A stretch of 64,000 bases of DNA. Origin: an uncultured Bacteroidales bacterium (GTDB lineage: Bacteria > Bacteroidota > Bacteroidia > Bacteroidales > DASQZP01). Location of the stretch: positions 160,718 to 224,717 of the forward strand of contig CAWAMZ010000018.1 of NCBI GenBank assembly GCA_963783315.1, given 5' to 3'. The position numbers and the translations under genes were made by a program. Shown here one piece after another: positions 60,351 through 64,000 of the stretch (its first letter is position 1; the number at the start of each line of letters is the position of its first letter). The notes below the pieces were generated by a model. It was not told where the DNA came from, made no database searches, and saw only the letters and a list, made by a program, of their open reading frames with translations.

Positions 60351-61517
60351 ATGGCAAATATCCTGGTTATTGATGACGAAAAAAGCATAAGAAGCACGTT
60401 ACAGGAAATACTTGAATATGAAAAACATACAGTAAGTCTGGCCAATAATGGAAAGGAAGGGTTGGAGCAATTTGAAAACAACAAATTTGATGTTGTACTG
60501 TGTGATATCAAAATGCCGGAAATGGATGGTATTGAAGTGCTGGGAAAAATCATGGAAATTTCACCCGAAGTTTCTGTAATCATGATCTCAGGCCATGGTA
60601 ATATTGATACTGCAGTAGATTCCATTAAAAAAGGAGCATTTGATTTTATTGAAAAACCCCTGGATCTGAACCGATTGCTGATTACCATCAGGAATGCCAT
60701 GGATAAATCCTCACTCCTAACGGAAACGAAGGTATTGAAAAAGAAAGTGAGCAAACAATACGAAATGGTGGGTAATTCACCTGCCATACTGCAAGTAAAA
60801 GACATGATCGAGCGTGTAGCCGCTACAGAGGCACGTGTTCTGATTACAGGCAAAAACGGAACAGGTAAAGAACTGGTGGCACATGCCCTGCACGAAAAAA
60901 GTGAACGCGCTGTTGCTCCGTTTGTTGAGGTAAATTGCGCTGCAATACCTTCTGAATTAATTGAAAGTGAACTGTTTGGTCACGAAAAGGGAGCTTTTAC
61001 CTCTGCCCATAAACAACGAATCGGCAAATTTGAGCAGGCAAACGGGGGTACACTTTTCCTGGATGAAATTGGCGATATGAGTCTGTCTGCCCAGTCAAAA
61101 GTGCTTCGCGCTTTGCAGGAAAATAAAATTACCCGCGTAGGAAGTGATAAGGATATTAAAGTAGATGTAAGAATTATTGCAGCAACCAATAAGGAACTGA
61201 AACTGGAAATTGAACAAAACAATTTCCGAGAAGACCTCTACCACCGCTTAAGTGTAATCCTGATTCAGGTTCCTTCGCTCAATGAAAGAACCGAAGATAT
61301 TCCCCTCCTTGCTGAGCATTTCAATGAAATTATATGTGCCGAATACGGAATGCAAAAGAAAATTATTAAATCTGATGCCATTCAGGAATTACAGAAAATA
61401 ACCTGGACAGGTAATATCCGGGAATTCCGGAATGTGCTGGAACGTCTTATCATCCTATGCGATAAAGAAATTACGGGAAAAGATGTCAAAGACTATGCAC
61501 AGCCTATTTCTCGTTAA
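60351..61517 (+). CDS. Sigma-54-dependent response regulator (REC + AAA+ bEBP) lacking a C-terminal HTH DNA-binding domain
   Basis: REC domain with the phospho-acceptor context VVLCDIKMPEMDG. AAA+ domain with Walker A GKNGTGKE, a GAFTSA loop (GAFTGA variant), Walker B LFLDEIGDM and GNIREFRNVLER. The protein ends about 20 aa after the AAA+ domain. Confidence 0.85.
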   Translation: MANILVIDDEKSIRSTLQEILEYEKHTVSLANNGKEGLEQFENNKFDVVLCDIKMPEMDGIEVLGKIMEISPEVSVIMISGHGNIDTAVDSIKKGAFDFIEKPLDLNRLLITIRNAMDKSSLLTETKVLKKKVSKQYEMVGNSPAILQVKDMIERVAATEARVLITGKNGTGKELVAHALHEKSERAVAPFVEVNCAAIPSELIESELFGHEKGAFTSAHKQRIGKFEQANGGTLFLDEIGDMSLSAQSKVLRALQENKITRVGSDKDIKVDVRIIAATNKELKLEIEQNNFREDLYHRLSVILIQVPSLNERTEDIPLLAEHFNEIICAEYGMQKKIIKSDAIQELQKITWTGNIREFRNVLERLIILCDKEITGKDVKDYAQPISR

Positions 61518-61539
61518 GTAATGTAAAAGGGCAAATTAA

Positions 61540-63465
61540 ATGAGCTTTGCTATGATTACCAGACTGAAAGCTATTTTTCGTAAATCAAATATTGCCCGTT
61601 TTACAAATTTGTCAATCCTGATTGTAGTGATCTGGTCTATGACAAATCTGAAAGATTACAGAAAGGAAGACAAAGTCATCGCCTGGGATATAATTGACTA
61701 CTATGCCTATCTTCCTGCAACATTCATCTACCATGACCTGACACTGCAATTTACAGCCGATAATCCGGGCTATTTTTCAAACAAGTTTTGGGGACATCAG
61801 GTTCCGGAAACCCAGAAGAAAGTAATCAAGATGACAATGGGTATGTCTCTACTGTATGCACCCTTTTTTCTTGTGGCACATCTTGCTGCTGGTTTGCTGC
61901 CTGTGGCAGCAAACGGTTTTACATGGCCTTACAAACTTGCCCTGATGTTAAGTAGTGTTTTCTATTTAATGCTAGGGCTTTACCTGTTGCGGAAATTGCT
62001 TTCCCGGTATTTTTCTTCCACAGTAACAACTATCACTCTGATTGCAGTTTTTGCCGGAACAAATCTTTATTATTATGCTATTTATGAAGCCCCGATGTCC
62101 CATATTTATAGCTTCTGTCTTTTTATTGCATTTATGCTCATTACTTTAAAATGGTATGAATCCCCCTCCCCTAAAAATTCATTAGTTATTGGTCTCCTTG
62201 CAGGAATTATTGCGTTGATCCGACCCAGTAATATAATTATTCTGATCTTTTTTGTTTTCTATGGAGTGACGTCCTTCGCTGAATTAAAAGGGCGATCAAA
62301 TTACTTTTTCACCAAAAGGTACCTGATATTAATAATGTGGCTGGCTTTTTTGCTAGTATGGTCTCCCCAGTTGATTTATTGGAAGAGCATTACAGGCCAT
62401 TGGTTTTATTATGCCTATAATGACGAAGGGTTTTTCTTTAAAAACCCGCAAATTATAAGGGGGCTTTTCAGTTATCGCAAAGGCTGGCTGGTTTATACTC
62501 CTGTGATGGCTTTTGCACTGTCAGGCTTTGTATTTGTCTGGAAAAAATACAGAAAATTCTTCTGGCCAATTCTGTTGTTTTCAATACTAAATATTTATAT
62601 AATTTTTTCGTGGTGGACCTGGTGGTATGGAGGATCTTTTGGCCAACGCCCCATGATTGATTCATACGGAATGCTTGCTATTCCATTGGCTGCATTGATA
62701 CAGTACAGTATACGCGCACAAAAGCAGCTCCGGATCGCTCTTTTGTCAATTATATTTATTCTTACAGCTTATTCTGTTTTTCAGGCAAATCAATATCACT
62801 ACGGCGCCATACACTGGGACAGTATGTCAAAGGCAGCTTACTGGGATTCTTTTTTGAAATTAAAACCTTCTGCCCGCTTCTACCACCTAATCGAAGAACC
62901 AGACTATGAAATGGCAAAAAAGGGTATTTATGTTACGAAAGAAAAATCTGATGATATGCCAGGAGAAAATATTCAGAAGCAAAGCTTGCTCAAAGGCATG
63001 AAAAGAACCGGCTTCTTTGCCTGTAATGCAGAAAATACAGATCCGGAGGGTCTGATGTTAACCGGGAACAATTCAGAAAGCCTCTTTGGTACTGCATCGG
63101 TTCTCTCGGCCAAACATGCTTTGAGCGGTAAACATGCTGTGCGTTTGAACAAAAATGAACGATTTGGCTTCACACATACCATCCTGGTTGACAGCCTTGC
63201 ACATGTAATACAGATTAAAGTAATGCGTTACGGCAAAAGTGAGAGTTTCCTGGTTGTATCAGCCACAGATCCAGAAAAGTTTTATAAAGCAGTCGGTAAA
63301 TCCTCCGGTAAATCCAGAAATGGCTGGGAACCACTGGAACTTATGTTTAAACCTCCGAAAAATACAGATACGCTTAAAACTTATGTGTGGAATAAAGGAA
63401 ATAAAACAATATATTTCGACGATTTTTCGATTTCGATATATTCATCACCCAGACTAACAGAATGA
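61540..63465 (+). CDS. Large polytopic membrane protein (possibly a GT-C/ArnT-like glycosyltransferase) with a soluble C-terminal beta-rich domain
   Basis: 641 aa. More than 10 predicted TM segments in the first ~410 aa, with a periplasmic-loop motif near the N-terminus (WDIIDYYAYLP). The C-terminal ~200 aa end in TIYFDDFSISIY, reminiscent of carbohydrate-binding jelly rolls. Functional assignment is tentative. Confidence 0.5.
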   Translation: MSFAMITRLKAIFRKSNIARFTNLSILIVVIWSMTNLKDYRKEDKVIAWDIIDYYAYLPATFIYHDLTLQFTADNPGYFSNKFWGHQVPETQKKVIKMTMGMSLLYAPFFLVAHLAAGLLPVAANGFTWPYKLALMLSSVFYLMLGLYLLRKLLSRYFSSTVTTITLIAVFAGTNLYYYAIYEAPMSHIYSFCLFIAFMLITLKWYESPSPKNSLVIGLLAGIIALIRPSNIIILIFFVFYGVTSFAELKGRSNYFFTKRYLILIMWLAFLLVWSPQLIYWKSITGHWFYYAYNDEGFFFKNPQIIRGLFSYRKGWLVYTPVMAFALSGFVFVWKKYRKFFWPILLFSILNIYIIFSWWTWWYGGSFGQRPMIDSYGMLAIPLAALIQYSIRAQKQLRIALLSIIFILTAYSVFQANQYHYGAIHWDSMSKAAYWDSFLKLKPSARFYHLIEEPDYEMAKKGIYVTKEKSDDMPGENIQKQSLLKGMKRTGFFACNAENTDPEGLMLTGNNSESLFGTASVLSAKHALSGKHAVRLNKNERFGFTHTILVDSLAHVIQIKVMRYGKSESFLVVSATDPEKFYKAVGKSSGKSRNGWEPLELMFKPPKNTDTLKTYVWNKGNKTIYFDDFSISIYSSPRLTE

Positions 63466-63475
63466 ACTACAGATT

Positions 63476-64000
63476 ATGAGAAAAGATCAGGATAAAAAAT
63501 CCTTTTTTAACGAAACGGCAACCAGTAGAAGTAAATGGAAAAAAAGAAACTCATACTATCACAAATCATTAAATAAATATTATTCATATATAATACCAGC
63601 AGGAAGCCGGGTGCTTGAACTGGGATGTGGTGACGGTGAACTGCTCAATGCTGTGAAGCCCTCCTACGGAGTCGGTATTGATTTTTCGGAAGCTTCCATA
63701 AATATTGCCAGAAAAAAGTTTCCTGATCTTACTTTTCTCCTGCAAGATGCGGAAGACATGAAGCTTGATGAAAAATTTGATTATGTTATATTGTCTGATT
63801 TGATAGGATCACTTGATGATGTGCAAAAAGCATTTGCCTGCTTGAAGCGGGTATCTCACAGCCGAACCCGTATTGTAATATCCTATTATAATTTTATCTG
63901 GGAACCATTTTTGAAATTTGCTGAATTTACAGGACTTAAAATGAAACAACCCAGACAAAACTGGTTAACAACCGGAGATATAAAAAGTCTGCTGGAAGTT
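63476..64000 (+). CDS. Class I SAM-dependent methyltransferase (3' end outside the window; not in the ORF track)
   Basis: ATG at 63476, with the frame open to the window end: MRKDQDKKSFFNE...SRVLELGCGDGELL (motif I)...FDYVILSDLIG (motif II region). It starts 11 nt after the upstream stop. Confidence 0.75.
   Translation, partial: MRKDQDKKSFFNETATSRSKWKKRNSYYHKSLNKYYSYIIPAGSRVLELGCGDGELLNAVKPSYGVGIDFSEASINIARKKFPDLTFLLQDAEDMKLDEKFDYVILSDLIGSLDDVQKAFACLKRVSHSRTRIVISYYNFIWEPFLKFAEFTGLKMKQPRQNWLTTGDIKSLLEV

Overview
AT-rich chromosomal window with Bacteroidota hallmarks: gld gliding genes, a T9SS type-B C-terminal sorting domain, a DUF4290-murA pair, recurrent TAnnTTTG promoter motifs and no Shine-Dalgarno sequences. 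It is almost entirely core housekeeping. Left third: a minus-strand mutY-ssb-gldE-gldD-PPTase-GGGPS cluster; hup plus a 30-codon bS22-like micro-ORF missing from the ORF track; rng, dsbD and lnt; an ECF sigma/anti-sigma/Spy-like module; a secreted VWA protein; hemerythrin; tkt; a 1113-aa beta-propeller/SpoIIE sensor phosphatase; gltA and eno. Centre (27.7-45.7 kb, minus strand): an uninterrupted str-S10-spc-alpha ribosomal superoperon of 33 genes from rpsL to rplQ, including rpmJ, which is also missing from the track. Right third: a divergently transcribed EF-G paralog with degenerate GTPase motifs, a T9SS cargo protein, a UvrD/PcrA-type helicase, DUF4290-murA, grpE-dnaJ and an ABC-2 transporter. 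These are followed by Ppx/GppA, a sigma-54 activator lacking a DNA-binding domain, a large polytopic membrane protein and a SAM methyltransferase cut by the window end. I saw no rRNA, tRNA, CRISPR array, transposase, integrase or phage genes, and no convincing novel multi-gene system such as a defence island. The best leads are single-gene or operon-level oddities: the EF-G paralog, the bS22-like micro-ORF, an extremely acidic 81-aa protein, an archaeal-type GGGPS inside a gld operon, and the DBD-less bEBP operon. All calls rest on motif recognition and synteny read by eye; no homology search was possible.
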